From NCBI RefSeq assembly GCF_046119375.1, contig NW_027362764.1:188604001-188668000 (forward strand): a stretch of DNA of 64,000 bases, in the 5' to 3' direction. Position numbers and translations under genes: made by a program. This stretch comes from Phyllobates terribilis (taxonomy: Eukaryota). The notes under the pieces are model-generated. The model did not search any database. It was not told where the DNA came from and saw only the letters and a program-made list of their open reading frames with translations. Shown piece by piece: positions 1 through 13,876 of the stretch. Within the stretch, counting starts at the first letter, position 1; each line of letters begins with the position of its first letter.

Positions 1-2330
1 TGGAGGTCCCAGTAGCTTAGCAAGACGGTTTTAATGCCCCTCGGAAGAGACGTGGAGGTCCCAGTAGCTTAACAAGATGGTTTTAATGCCCCTTGGAAGA
101 GACTTGGAGGTTGCAGTAGCTTAACAAGACGGTTTTAATGCTCCTTAGAAAAGTGGTGGAGGTCACAGTAGCATAACAAGACGGTTTTAATGCCCCTTGG
201 AAAAGTGGTGGAGGTCACAATAGCTTAACAAGACGGTTTTAATGGCCTTCGGAAGAGACGTGGAGGTCCCAGTAGCTTAACAAGGCGGTTTTAATGCCCC
301 TCAGAAGAGACGTGGAGGTCACAGTAGCTTAACAAGACGGTTTTAATGCCCCTTGCAAAAGTGGTGGAGTACACAGTAGTTTAACAAGACAGTTTTAATG
401 CCCCTCGGAAGAGACGCGGAGGTCACAGTAGCTTAACAAGATGGCTTTAATGCCCCTTGGAAAAGTGGTGGAGGTCACAATAGCTTAACAAGACAATTTT
501 ATTGGCCCTCGGAAGAGACGTGGAGGTCCCAGTAGCTTAACAAGACGGTTTTAATGCCCCTCGGAAGAGACGTGGAGGTCCCAGTAGCTTAACAAGACGG
601 TTTTAATGCGCCTTGGAAGAGACTTGGAGGTTGCAGTAGCTTGACAAGACAGTATTAATGCCCCTTAGAAAAGTGGTCGAGGTCACAGTAGCATAACAAG
701 ATGGTTTTAATGCCCCTTGGAAAAGTGGTGCAGGTCACAATAGCTTAACAAGACGGTTTTAATGCCCTTCGGAAGAGACGTGGAGGTCCCAGTAGCTTAA
801 CAAGGCGGTTTTAATGCCCCTCAGAAGAGACGTGGAGGTCACAGTAGCTTAGCAAGACGGTTTTAATGCCCCTTGCAAAAGTGGTGGAGTACACAGTAGC
901 TTAACAAGACGGTTTTAATGCCCCTCGGAAGAGACGTGGAGGTCACAGTAGCTTAACAAGATGGCTTTAATGCCCCTTGGAAAAGTGGTGGAGGTCACAA
1001 TAGCTTAACAAGACAATTTTATTGGCCCTCGGAAGAGACGTGGAGGTCCCAGTAGCTTAACAAGACGGTTTTAATGCCCCTCGGAAGAGACGTGGAGGTC
1101 CCAGTAGCTTAACAAGACGGTTTTAATGCGCCTTGGAAGAGACGTGGAGGTTGCAGTAGCTTAACAAGACGGTTTTAATGCCCTTCGGAAGAGACGTGGA
1201 GGTCCCAGTAGCTTAACAAGGCGGTTTTAATGCCCCTCAGAAGAGACGTGGAGGTCACAGTAGCTTAGCAAGACGGTTTTAATGCCCCTTGCAAAAGTGG
1301 TGGAGTACACAGTTGCTTAACAAGACGGTTTTAATGCCCCTCGGAAGAGACGTGGAGGTCACAGTAGCTTAACAAGATGGCTTTAATGCCCCTTGGAAAA
1401 GTGGTGGAGGTCACAATAGCTTAACAAGATAATTTTATTGGCCCTCGGAAGAGACGTGGAGGTCCCAGTAGCTTAACAAGACGGTTTTAATGCCCCTCGG
1501 AAGAGACGTGGAGGTCCCAGTAGCTTAACAAGACGGTTTTAATGCGCCTTGGAAGAGACGTGGAGGTTGCAGTAGCTTAAAAAGACTGTTTTAATGCCCC
1601 TTGGAAAAGTGGTGGAGGTCACAGTAGCTTAACAAGACAGTTTTAATGCCCCTTGGAAAACTGGTGAAGGTCACAGTAGCTTAACAAGACGGTTTTAATG
1701 CCCCTGGGAAGAGACATGGAGGTCCCAGTAGCTTAACAAGGCGGTTTTAATGCCCCTTGGAAGAGACGTGGAGGTCGAAGTAGCTTAACAAGATGGTTTT
1801 AATGCCCCTTGGAATAGTGGTGGAGGTCACAGTAGCTTAACAAGACGGTTTTAATGCACCTCGGAAGAGACGTGGAGGTCACAGTAGCTTAACAAGATCG
1901 GTTTTAATGCCCCTTGGAAGAGACGTGGAGGTCGCAGTAGCTTAACAAGACGGTTTTAATGCCTCTTGGAGAAGTGGTGGAGGTCAAAGTAGCTTAACAA
2001 GACGGTTTTAAAGCCCCTTGTAAAAGTGGTGGAGGTCACAGTAACTTAACAAGACGGTTTTAATGCCCCTTGGAAAAGTGGTCTGGGTCACAGTAGCTTA
2101 GAAAGACGGTTTTAATGCCCCTCGGAAGAGACGTGGAGGTCCCAGTAGCTTAAAAAGACTGTTTTAATGCACCTCGGAATAGACATTGAGGTCGCAGTAG
2201 CTTAACAAGACGGTTTTATTGCCCCTTGGAAAAGTGGTGGAGGTCACAGTAGCTTAAAAGGACGGTTTTAATGCCCCTTCGAAAAGTGGTGGAGGTCACA
2301 TTAGCTTAACAAGTCGGTTTTAATGCCCCT
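1..2330. repeat. 52-bp tandem repeat (satellite) array, ~45 copies, continues off the left edge
   Basis: Unit approx. TGGAGGTCACAGTAGCTTAACAAGACGGTTTTAATGCCCC-TCGGAAGAGACG/TTGGAAAAGTGG recurs every 52 bp (1, 53, ...). Confidence 0.97.
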
Positions 2331-2854
2331 TACAAGAGCCATACAGTACAGCATATTAAAAACATTATTCCCATTATTGGGGAGTGGATCTCCCATAGTC
2401 TTTGCCTATGCTTTCCAAGCAAAAGCTGCCAAAAATTAGGACGGAGGAACTTGCAATGCCCCTTACAAGAGCCATGCAGTGCAGCATATTACAAACATTA
2501 TTCCCATTATTGGGGAGTGGGTCTCCCATAGTCTTTGCTTATGCCTTCCAAGCAAAAGCTGCCAAAATTTAGGATGGAGGATCTTGCAATGCCCTTTACA
2601 AGAGCCATGCAGTACAGCATATTACAAATATTATTCCCATTATTGGGGAGTGGGTCTCCCATAGTCTTTGCTTATGCCTTCCAAGCAAAAGCTGCCAAAG
2701 ATTAGGACAGAGGAACTTGCAATGCCCCTTACAAGAGCCATGCAGTACAGAATATTACAAACATTATTCCCATTATTGGGGAGTGGGTCTCCCATAGTCT
2801 TTGCCTTTGCCTTCCAAGCAAAAGATGACAAAAATAAGGACGGAGGAACTTTCA
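2322..2854. repeat. 133-bp tandem repeat, 4 copies
   Basis: AATGCCC(C/T)TTACAAGAGCCAT starts at 2322, 2455, 2588 and 2721. Confidence 0.95.
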
Positions 2855-3019
2855 ATAATGGCAACACGGACCACGGTCACCCTGGTGGTATAGTGGTGGT
2901 GGAGGCTTAGGATAAGGAGAAGAACATAAAACAGCCGAAATGAGGAAGCGTATACCCATGTGTGGGTGTGAAGCAGTGCATGTGAATACACCTCCCGAAA
3001 TAACACAGTGGATTTGACT

Positions 3020-6000
3020 TTATGTTACTCTGCTGTCATTTGGTGGTGATGAGAAGTCTGGCCCAATCCAGCCCTTGTTCATTTTGATAAGGGTCAGCTT
3101 GTCAGCATTGTCAGTTGACAGGCGAGTGCGCTTATCAGTTATAATTCTCCCAGCGGCACTAAAGACACGCTCCGATAACACGCTAGCGGCAGGGCAGGCC
3201 AGGACCTCCAAGGCGTACAGAGCAAGTTCATTCCAAGTGTCCAGCTTGGATACCCAATAATTAAAAGGCACAGAGGAATCACGGAGGACGCTGGTACGGT
3301 CGGCAAGGTACTCCCTCACCATCTTTGGAAACTTTCCACTCCTTGTGAGAGTACCCCGCGCCTCAGGGTCTGTCCGAAGGGAGGGTCTGAGAAAACTGTC
3401 CCAGAACGTTGACAGTGTTCCCCTGCCTCTGCTGGATTGGAGTTGCATCTCTCTCGCATGTACACCTTGGTTGGTCAACGAACTGTGACCTCTGCCGCTA
3501 GCGTGTTCAGATGGGAATTTTTTTAACAGCTCTGCAGTAAGGGCCTTCTGGTACTGCCCCATTTTTGTAGACCTCTCCACCTCACGAATAAGAGAGTGAA
3601 TGTTCTCCTTGTAGCGGGGTCTAAAAGTGTCACCAACCAGTAATGACTGTCACCCAACATTTTGACAACGCGAGGGTCACTGTTAAGGCAGCGTAACATA
3701 AAGTCAGCCATTCATGCCAGACTGGTAACGGGCAAGACTTCCGTGTCTTCACCAAGATGACGACTGACCATGCTCTCCTCCTCCTCCTCCTCCCTGTCAT
3801 CAGGCCACCCACGCTGAACCGACGGTATGACAGTTGTACAGGTACTACCGTCTACAGTGCATGATACAAGCTCCTGTTCTTCCTCCTCCTCCTCTCCCTC
3901 ATTGTCCGCCAATGCACGTTGGGATGAGATGAGGCTGGGCTGTGTGTAATCGACCGCTACGTCTTCTTGATCCATCTCATCATACTCTGGCTTCAATGCC
4001 TCCTCTTAAATTCTCAGCAGAGAGCGTTGCAAAAGATAGACAAGTGGAATGCTGACGCTAATGATGGCGTCATCGCCACTCACCATCTTGGTGGACTCCT
4101 CAGAGTTTGTCAAGATGGTACATATGTCAGACATCCAGGTCTACTCCTGAGGTCTTATGTGTGGAGTCTGACCTGAATATCGACGGCCTTGTTGCAGCTG
4201 GTACTCCACAACTGCTCTCTTCTGCTCACAAATCCTTTGCAACATGTGGAGGGTAGAGTTCCAACGTGTGGGGACATCACACACCAGTCGGTGTGACGGA
4301 TGCTGCAAACGCTGCTGCAACACAGCAAGGGCAGCGGAAGCTATAGTCGACTTGCGAAAATGAGTTGACAGGTGGCGTACTTTGACGAGCAGATGTGTCG
4401 ATTCGGGGTACGATTTAAGAAACCGCTGAACCACGAGGTTAAGCACATGAGCCAGGCATGGTACGTGTGTGATCTCGCCTCGCCTCAGAGCCGCCACCAG
4501 GTTACGGCCATTGTCACACACCACCATGCCTGGATGTAGGTTCAGCGGTGTCAGCCACAGATCTGCCTGCTCTTTCACAGCTGTCCACAACTCACAAGCA
4601 GTGTGAGGTTTCTCACATAAGCTTATGAGTTTCAGCACAGCCTGTTGCCGCTTGGCGGAGGCAGTACTGCAGTGCTTTCAGCTTGTAACTGATGTGGTGA
4701 TATCTGAGATGGAGGCTGAACGTGAGGAGGAGGAGGATGATGCGCAGGAGCTGTACACTGTGGGGGCAACTCTGACTGACATAGGGCCCGCAATCCTCGG
4801 TGTGGGGAGGATGTGTTCCGTCCCAAGGTCCGACTGGGTCCCGGCTTCCACTATGTTTACCCAGTGTGCCGTCAGGGAGATGTACCGTCCCTGGCCACAA
4901 GCACTTGTCCACGTGTCCATTGTCAGGTGGACTCTCCCAGTAACTGCGTTGTTGAGGGCATGGCAGATGTTTTGGGACACGTGCTTGTGTAGTGCAGGGA
5001 TGGCACACCGGGCAAAATAGTGTGGGCTGGGGACCGAGTACCGAGGGACGGCCACCGCCATAAGGTTGCGGAAGTATTCCGTCTCCACCAGCCTAAAAGG
5101 CAGGATTTCCAAAGCAAGCAGTCGTGAAATGTGCGAATTTAGGACTGTGGCCTGTGGGGCGTTAGCTGCGAATTTCCGCTTTCGTTCAAAGGTCTGGGAT
5201 ATGGACAATTGAACGCAGCGGTGGGACGTGGACGTGGACGTTGATGCTGTTTCTTGAGAAACTGCCATAACAAGTGAAGACTGAGAGGAGGGGGCATTTT
5301 TGATTGCAGTATGGACAGGGGATTGCCTTGCACACACAACAGGGGGTTCTATTGCACGCACAACAGCGGAAGAAGCAGTGGTGACACCCGCTGACACTGG
5401 TCGTGGACCCTGGGGTTCGCCCCACAAAGTCGGGTGCTTTGCTGCCATGTGCCTGATCATGCTGGTGGTGGTCAGGCTGATAGTTTTGTCACCCCTGCTG
5501 ATGCTGGCATGGCAGGTGGTAGATATGGCCTTTTTGGGGTTATCAGCAGAGTCTTTAAAAAAATTCCAGACTCTGGAAGACCTACAGTTTGTACTGGAAA
5601 CGTCCCTCATGTTGGTGTTATGGGGAACTGTTGCCTGCCTTCTGTGTGCGGCCACCACACTGTCTGTTCGGGTACTCTGCCTCCCTCACCCTGTGTGCTG
5701 CTGGCCTCGCTCTGCATGTCCTCCTGCCACGTTGGGTCAGTTACTAGATCATCCACCACCTTCTCCTCTTCCACTTGCGCACCACGATCCTCCTCCTCAC
5801 TTCCTGGCAATTGTGTCTCGTCATCGTCCACCTCTTGTGACAAATTGCCAGCGTCGACTTCCTGTGGCCGTGGCTGTTCAAATATTTGGGCATCGCTACA
5901 TGGGATCTCCTCTTCCACCACTTCAAGCGGAGCAGGCGAGGGGCACAAATCTGGAAATGGACCAGTGAACAGCTCTTCAGAGTGTCGAAGTGTGGGATCA

Positions 6001-6354
6001 GTTGCTGTCTGACGACACTCGGCATGGTGGGAGGAAGGAGCATCAGGGTGAGGAGGAGTATGCGGTCGAGTCTCATGGCTACTAAGATTTGACCCTGTGG
6101 AAGACAGACCGGAGGTGGTGGTGCTCAGGTACCTGGAAGTATTATCTGCTATTAAAATTAATAACCTGTTCACACTGATCAGTTCGCAATACTGGTGTTG
6201 TTCTGTGCTTCCCTAGTAATTCGGTCAAGAAGTGGGAGCGAGAAGATGTGGCTGTTGGTTGTGGCACATTTTCACCTTGGCCACGGCCCCGTCCTCTGCA
6301 CGCACCATCACCAGAACGTCCAGTTCCACGTCCCTTGCCACGCGCCTTGCCCAT
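3020..6354 (-). pseudogene. Decayed hAT transposase (family 1), BED finger + DDE + dimerisation domain, broken by stops and frameshifts
   Basis: Consecutive minus ORFs give VWNFF..HMAAKHP (BED), HLTMDTWTS, VVCDNGRN, CLAHVLNL, CDVPTRWNS and CPAASVLSERVFSAAG..KRTRLS. ATG at 6352-6354 (MGKARGKGRG). Confidence 0.93.
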
Positions 6355-6419
6355 TGTAAAGGAATTAAAATAGCTTACACTCGCACTATCAATGGAAAAA
6401 GGGTAATAAAAAGTAGATT

Positions 6420-9400
6420 AGAACCATGGAAGAGGAAAACCACAGTTCTATTTCTCTGGCCCAGACCCGACTCTTTTAAACAATCTGAACAATCAGGGAG
6501 AAACTATTACTGTTTTTCTTTACGGAAAAAATACCAAAAGCAGGATAATAGAGATTTTTTACTGTGGGACGGCGAAACCACAGTTATAATTTACTGGTGT
6601 ATACCAGACTCTTTTAAACAGATATATTGGTGTCTGAACAATCAGGAGACACTCTTACTGTTTTTCTTTACGGCAAAAAATGCCAAAGGCAGGATAATAC
6701 AAAGATTTGACCCGTGGAACTGCAAAACCACAGTTCTATTTCTCGGGCCTACACCAGACTCTTTCCAATAGATATATTTGTGTCTGAACAATCAGGGAGA
6801 CACTATTACAATTTTTTTTTACGGCAAAAAATGCCAAAAGCAGGATAATAGAGATTTTTTACCATGGAACAGCAAAACCTCAGTTATAATTTACTGGTGT
6901 ATACCATACTTTTTAAAATATATATGTTTGCGGCTGAACAGTGAGCGACACACTCAAACTGTTTTTTTTAGATACAAATGGCCCAAAAGTGGATAATACA
7001 GAGGTTTGAACCGTGGAACTGCAAAACCACACTTCTGTTTCTCTGGCCTACACCAGACTATTTTCAACAGATATATTTGTGTCTGAACAATCAGGGAGAC
7101 ACTATTACAGGTTTTTTTTACGGCAAAAAATGCCAAAAGCAGGATAATATAGATTTTTTACTGTGGAACAGCAAAACCACAGTTATAATTTACTGGTGTA
7201 TACCAGACTTTTATAAATATATATATTTGTGTCTGAACAGTGAGCGACACACTCAAACTGTTGTTTTTTAGCTAACAATTGCCAAAAAGTGGATAATACA
7301 GAGGTTTCAACCGTGGAACTGCAAAACCACACTTCTGTTTCTCTGGCCTACACCAGACTATTTTCAACAGATATATTTGTGTCTGAATAATCAGGGAGAC
7401 ACTATTACATTTTTTTTACGGCAAAAAATGCCAAAAGCAGGATAATAGAGATTTTTTACCGTGGAACAGCAATACCACAGTTATGATTTACTGGTGTATA
7501 CCAGACTTTTTTAAATATATATATTTGCGGCTGAACAGTGAGCGACACACTCAAACTTTTTCTTTTTAGATACAAATGGCCCAAAAGTGGATAATACAGA
7601 GATTTGAACCGTGGAACTGCAAAACCACACTTCTGTTTCTCTGGCCTATACCAGACTATTTTCAACAGATATATTTGTGTCTGAACAATCAGGGAGACAC
7701 TATTAGTTTTTTTTTACAGCAAAACATGCCAAAAGTAGGATAATAGAGATTTTTTTACTGTGGAACAACAAAACCACAGTGATAATTTACTGGTGTATAC
7801 CAGACTTTTTAAAATATATATATTTGCGGCTGAACAGTGAGAGACACACTTAAACTGTTTTTTTTAGATACAAATGGCCCAAAAGTGGATAATACAGAGG
7901 TTTGAACCGTGTAACTGCACAACCACACTTCTGTTTCTCTGGCCTACACTAGACTATTTTCAACAGATATATTTGTGTCTGAACAATCAGGGAGACACTA
8001 GTACACTTTTTTTTTATGGCAAAAAATGCCAAAAGCAGGATAATAGAGATTTTTTACTGTGCAACAGCAAAACCACAGTTATAATTTACTGGTGTATACC
8101 AGACTTTTTTAAATATATATATTTGCGGCTGAACACTGAGCGCCACACTCAAACTGTTTTTTTAGATACAAATGGCCCAAAAGTGGATAATACAGAGGTT
8201 TGAACCATGGAACTGCAAAACCATGCTTCTGTTTCTCCAGCCTACACCAGACTATTTTCAACAGATATATTTGTGTCTGAACAATCAGGGAGACACTATT
8301 ACATTTTTTTTTACGGCAAAAAATGCCAAAAGCAGGATAATAGAGATTTTTTACCGTGGAACTGCAAAACCACAGTTAGAATTTACTGGTGTATACCAGA
8401 CTTTTTTAAATATATATATTTGCGGCTGAACAGTGAGCGACACACTCAAACTGTTTCTTTTTAGATACCAATGGCCCAAAAGTGGATAATACAGAGGTTT
8501 GAACCGTGGAACTGCAAAACCACGCTTCTGTTTCTCCAGCCTAGACCAGACTATTTTCAACAGATATATTTGTGTCTGAACAATCAGGGAGACACTATTA
8601 CAGTTTTTTTATGGCAAAAAATGCCAAAAGCAGGATAATAGAGATTTTTTTACCATGGAACAGCAAAACCACAGTTATAATTTACTGGTGTATACCAGAC
8701 TTTTTTAAATATATATATTTGCGGCTGAACAGCGAGCGACACACTCAAACTTTTTTTTTAGATACAAATGGCCCAAAAGTGGATAATACAGAGGTTTGAA
8801 CCGTGGAACTGCAAAACCACACTTCTGTTTCTCCAGCCTACACCAGACTATTTTCAACAGATATATTTGTGTCTGAACAATCAGGAAGACACTATTACAG
8901 GTTTTGTTTATGGCAAAAAATGCCACAAGCAGGATAATAGAGATTTTTTACCATAGAACAGCAAAACCACAGTTATAATTTACTGGTGTATACCAGACTT
9001 TTTTAAATATATATATTTGCGGCTGAAGGGTGAGCGACACACTGAAACTGTTTTTTTTTAGATACCAATGGCCCAAAAGTGGATAATACAGAGGTTTGAA
9101 CCGTGGAACTGCAAAACCACACTTCTGTTTCTTCAGCCTACACCAGAATATTTTCAACAGATATACTTGTGTCTGAACAATCATGGAGACACTATTAAAA
9201 AATTTTTTACGGCAAAAAATGCCAAAAGCAGGATAAAAGAGATTTTTTACCGTGGAACAGCAAAACCACAGTTATGATTTACTGGTGTATACCAGACTTT
9301 TTTAAATATATATATTTGCTGCTGAACAGCGAGTGACACACTCAAACTTTTTTTTTTTTAGATACAAATGGCCCAAAAGTGGATAATACAGAGGTTTGAA

Positions 9401-12400
9401 CCGTGGAACTGCAAAACCACACTTCTGTTTCTCCAGCCTACACCAGACTATTTTTAACAGATATATTTGTGTCTGAACAATCAGGGAGACACTATTACAT
9501 TTTTTTTTTACGGCAAAAAATGCCCAAAGCAGGATAATAGAGATTTTTACCATGGAACAGCAAAACCACAGTTATAATTTACTGGTGTATACCAGACTTT
9601 TTTAAATATATATATTTGCGGCTGAACAGTGAGCGACACACTCAAACTGTTTTTTTTTAGATACCAATGGCCCAAAAGTGGATAATACTGAGGTTTGAAC
9701 CATTGAACTTCAAAACCACACTTCTGTTTCTCCAGCCTAGACCAGACTATTTTCAACAGATATATTTGTGTCTGAACAATCAGGGAGACACTATTACAGT
9801 TTTTTTTATGGCAAAAAATGCCAAAAGCAGGATAATAGAGATTTTTTTTACCATGGAACAGCAAAACCACAGTTATAATTTACTGGTGTATAGCAGACTT
9901 TTTTAAATATATATATTTGCGGCTGAACAGCGAGCGACACACTCAAACTTTTTTTTTAGATACAAATGGCCCAAAAGTGGATAATACAGAGGTTTGAACC
10001 GTGGAACTGCAAAACCACACTTCTGTTTCTCCAGCCTACACCAGACTATTTTCAACAGATATATTTGTGTCTGAACAATCAGGAAGACACTATTACAGTT
10101 TTTGTTTATGGCAAAAAATGCCACAAGCAGGATAATAGAGATTTTTTACCATAGAACAGGAAAACCACAGTTATAATTTACTGGTGTATACCAGACTTTT
10201 TTAAATATATATATTTGCAGCTGAACAGTGAGCGACACACTGAAATTTTTTTTTTTTAGATACCAATGGCCCAAAAGTGGATAATACAGAGGTTTGAACC
10301 GTGGAACTGCAATACCACACTTCTGTTTCTCTGGCCTACACCAGACTATTTTCAACAGATATATTTGTGTCTAAACAATCAGGGAGACACTAGTACAGTT
10401 TTTTTTATGGCAAAAAATGCCAAAAGCAGGATAATAGAGATTTTTTATTGTGGAACAGCTAAACCACAGTTATGATTTACTGGTGTATACCAGACTTTTT
10501 TAAATATATATATTTGCGGCTGAACAGTGAGCGACACACTCAAACTTTTTTTTTTAGATACAAATGGCCCAAAAGTGGATAATACAGAGGTTTGAAGCAT
10601 GGAACTTCAAAACCACACTTCTGTTTCTCCAGCCTACACCAGACTATTTTCAACACATATATTTGTGTCTGAACAATCAGGGAGACACTATTACAGTTTT
10701 TTTTTAGGGCAAAATATGCCAAAAGCAGGATAATAGAGATTTTTTACCATGGGACAGCAAAACCACAGTTATAATTTACTGGTGTATACCAGACTTTTTT
10801 AAATATATATATTTGCGGCTGAAGGGTGAGCGACACACTGAAACTGTTTTTTTTTAGATACCAATGGCCCAAAAGTGGATAATACAGAGATTTGAACCGT
10901 GGAACTGCAAAACCACTCTTCTGTTTCTCCAGCCTACACCAGACTATTTTCAACAGATATATTTGTGTCTGAACAATCAGGAAGACACTATTACAGGTTT
11001 TTTTTATGGCAAAAAATGCCACAAGCAGGATAATAGAGATTTTGTACCATGGAACAGCAAAACCACAGTTATAATTTACTGGTGTATACCAGACTTTTTT
11101 AAATATATATATTTGCGGCTGAAGGGTGAGCTACACACTGAAACTGTTTTTTTTTAGATACCAATGGCCCAAAAGTGGATAATACAGAGGTTTGAACCGT
11201 GGAACTGCAAAACCACACTTCTGTTTCTCTGGCCTATAACAGACTATTTTCAACAGATATATTTGTGTCTGAACAATCAGGGAGACACTAGAACAGTTTT
11301 TTTATTGCAAAAAGTGCCTAAAGCAGGATAATAGAGATTTTTTACCGTGGAACAGCAAAACCACAGTTATAATTTGCTGGTGTATACCAGACTTTTTTAA
11401 ATATATATATTTGCGGCTGAACAGTGAGCGAAACACTCAAACTGTTTTTTTTTTTTTTTTCAGATACAATTGGCCCAAAAGTGGATAATACAGAGGTTTG
11501 AACCGTGGAACTGCAAAACCACACTTCTGTTTTTCTGGACTACACCAGACTATTTTCAACAGATATATTTGTGTCTGAACAATCAGGGAGACACTATTAC
11601 AGTTTTTTTTACAGCAAAACATGCCAGAAGCAGTATAATAGAGATTTTTTACCATGGAACAACAAAACCACAGTTATAATTTACTGGTGTATACCAGACT
11701 TTTTTAAATATATATATTTGCGGCTGAACAGTGAGCGACACACTCAAACTGTTTTTTTTTAGATACAAATGGCCCAAAAGTGGATAATACTGAGGTTTGA
11801 ACCGTGGAACTGCAAAACACACTTCTGTTTCACTGGCCTCCACAAGACTATTTTCAACAGATATATTTGTGTCTGAACAATCAGGGAGACACTAGTAAAG
11901 TTTTTTTTATGGCTAAAAATGCCAAAAGCAGGATAATAGAGATTTTTTACCGTGGAACAGCAAAACCACAGTTATAATTTACTGGTGTATACCAGACTTT
12001 TTTAAATATATATATTTGCGGCTGAACACTGAGCGCCACACTCAAACTGTTTTTTTTTAGATACAAATTGCCCAAAAGTGGATAATAAAAAGGTTTCAAC
12101 CATGGAACTGCAAAACCACACTTCTGTTTCTCTGGCCTACACCAGATTATTTTCAACAGATATATTTGTGTCTGAACAATCAGGGAGACACTATTACAGT
12201 TTTTTTTTTTACGGCAAAAAATGCCAAAAGCAGGATAATAGAGATTTTTTACTGTGGAACAGCAAAACCACAGTTATAATTTACTGGTGTATACCAGACT
12301 TTTTAAAATATATATATTTGCGGCGGAACACTGAGCGCCACACTCAACCTGTTTTTTTTTAGATGCAAATGGCCCAAAAGTGGATAATACAGAGGTTTGA

Positions 12401-12560
12401 ACCGTGGAACTGCAAAACCACACTTCTGTTTCTCTGGCCTACACCAGATTATTTTCAACAGATATATTTGTGTCTGAACAACCAGGGAGACACTATTACA
12501 GTTTTTTTTACGGCAAAAAATGGCAAAAGCAAAACCACAGTTATAATTTAGTGGTGTATA
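6420..12560. repeat. ~299-bp tandem repeat (~20 copies) built from two related ~150-bp subunits
   Basis: ATGGCCCAAAAGTGGATAATAC at 6978, 7576, 7874, 8172, 8768, 9068, 9368, 9667, 9966, 10266 etc. Each unit has two AAACCACA..TA(C/T)ACCAGACT..TATATTTG..CTGAACA halves. Confidence 0.97.
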
Positions 12561-12571
12561 CCAGACTTTTT

Positions 12572-13806
12572 TAAATAAAGGATTTATTAAAAAAAAATGG
12601 CGTGGGGTTCCCCGTAATTTTAGTCTCTAGCGGAGGTTAAGCAGACGCCGGGGGCAGATGTTTGAAGCCGGGGAAGGGGGTAATACCCACGGAGCTTCCC
12701 AGGCTTCTAATATCAGCCCCCAGCTGAATACCTAGCGTTTACTATTAAAATGGGGGACCGCAAAAAAAAATGACGTGGGGTCCCCCCTATTTTAATAGCT
12801 AGCAAAGGCTAGGCAGACAGCTGGGGGCTGATATTAATAGTAGAATTCTCCTGCTCAAGCGGTGACGTCATTTGCCGGCACCGCATGCGCAGGAGAATTC
12901 TCCCACGTTGTCAGTGATGTGCATGAGGTGAGCTGAGTTTATTGGATATGAACTCGGTTCATCTGGATGCCGTCACAGACAGACACTGAGGAGCTTCACT
13001 GAGGAGCTTCTTAGTGTCTGCGGCATGGCAAGCTGGATGGCAGCGTTCTGCTGCGATCCAGCCTGTCATGTCAATGTAGCAGAGCTGAAGCCGTCCTGGG
13101 AATCATGGAAAGGTAAGGATGAGGTTGGTTTATTATTTTACCTTTATTGCAGGAGATCGTTGGCTTCAGCTGGAATGGGCATGACGGTAAGTAGAGTTTA
13201 ATTTAGAACATTAAAGAATTGTGTCTTTATTTCAATTAAAGGACTTTATTCTGGGTGTTTGTGTTTTTTTTTTAACTTTCACTATGGGGTTAGTAATGGG
13301 GGTGTCTTATAGACGCCTCTCCATTACTAACCTGGGCTTGATGTCAGCTGGCATTATAAGCTTACATCAACCCCAACCCTATTACCCTACTGCCACCGCT
13401 ACAGGGCAGTGGGAAGAGCGAGGCTAAGTGCCAGAATTGGCCATCCTATGGATGCGCCATTTTTGGGGAGGCTGACGGCTGGTGTTTCTAGCCTAGGAGG
13501 GGGCCAATATTCATGGCACCCTTCCTGGGCTATTAATATCAGCCCCCAGCTCTCTGCCTATCCTTTGCTAGCTATTAAAATAGGGGGAACCCCACGTCAT
13601 CTTTTTTTTGGGTCCCCCATTATAATAGTTAGTAAAGGCTAGGTGTTCATCTGGGGGCTGATATTAGTAGCCTGGGAAGCTCCTTGGATATTACCCCCTT
13701 CCCAGGCTTCAAACATCTTTCCCAGCCGTCTGCTTAACCTCCGCTAGAGACTAAAATTATGGGGAATCTCACGCCAATTCTTTTTTTAATCAATCCTTTA
13801 TTTTAA
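12572..13806. mobile_element. Foldback/MITE-like element with ~265-bp inverted arms
   Basis: 12577-12840 (TAAAGGATTTATT...CTGGGGGCTGATATTAATAG) is the imperfect reverse complement of 13529-13800. No TSD or superfamily determined. Confidence 0.7.
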
Positions 13807-13876
13807 CACTAAATGACAAGTACAGTAACCAACACTGTCACTGTACTTATTATATATGTGACTGACATGTTTCTAT

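Noticed and set aside
1-2330. CRISPR-like array
   Set aside because: Units are contiguous 52-bp monomers with no unique spacers, the context is eukaryotic, and no cas genes are present.
5300-6012. Long plus-strand ORFs (222 and 192 aa)
   Set aside because: Antisense shadows of the GC-rich hAT coding sequence with no recognisable motifs.
6232-12551. Many 60-180-aa ORFs (MAQKWIIQRFEPW...)
   Set aside because: They are translations of the 299-bp satellite, and the frames break at variable homopolymers.
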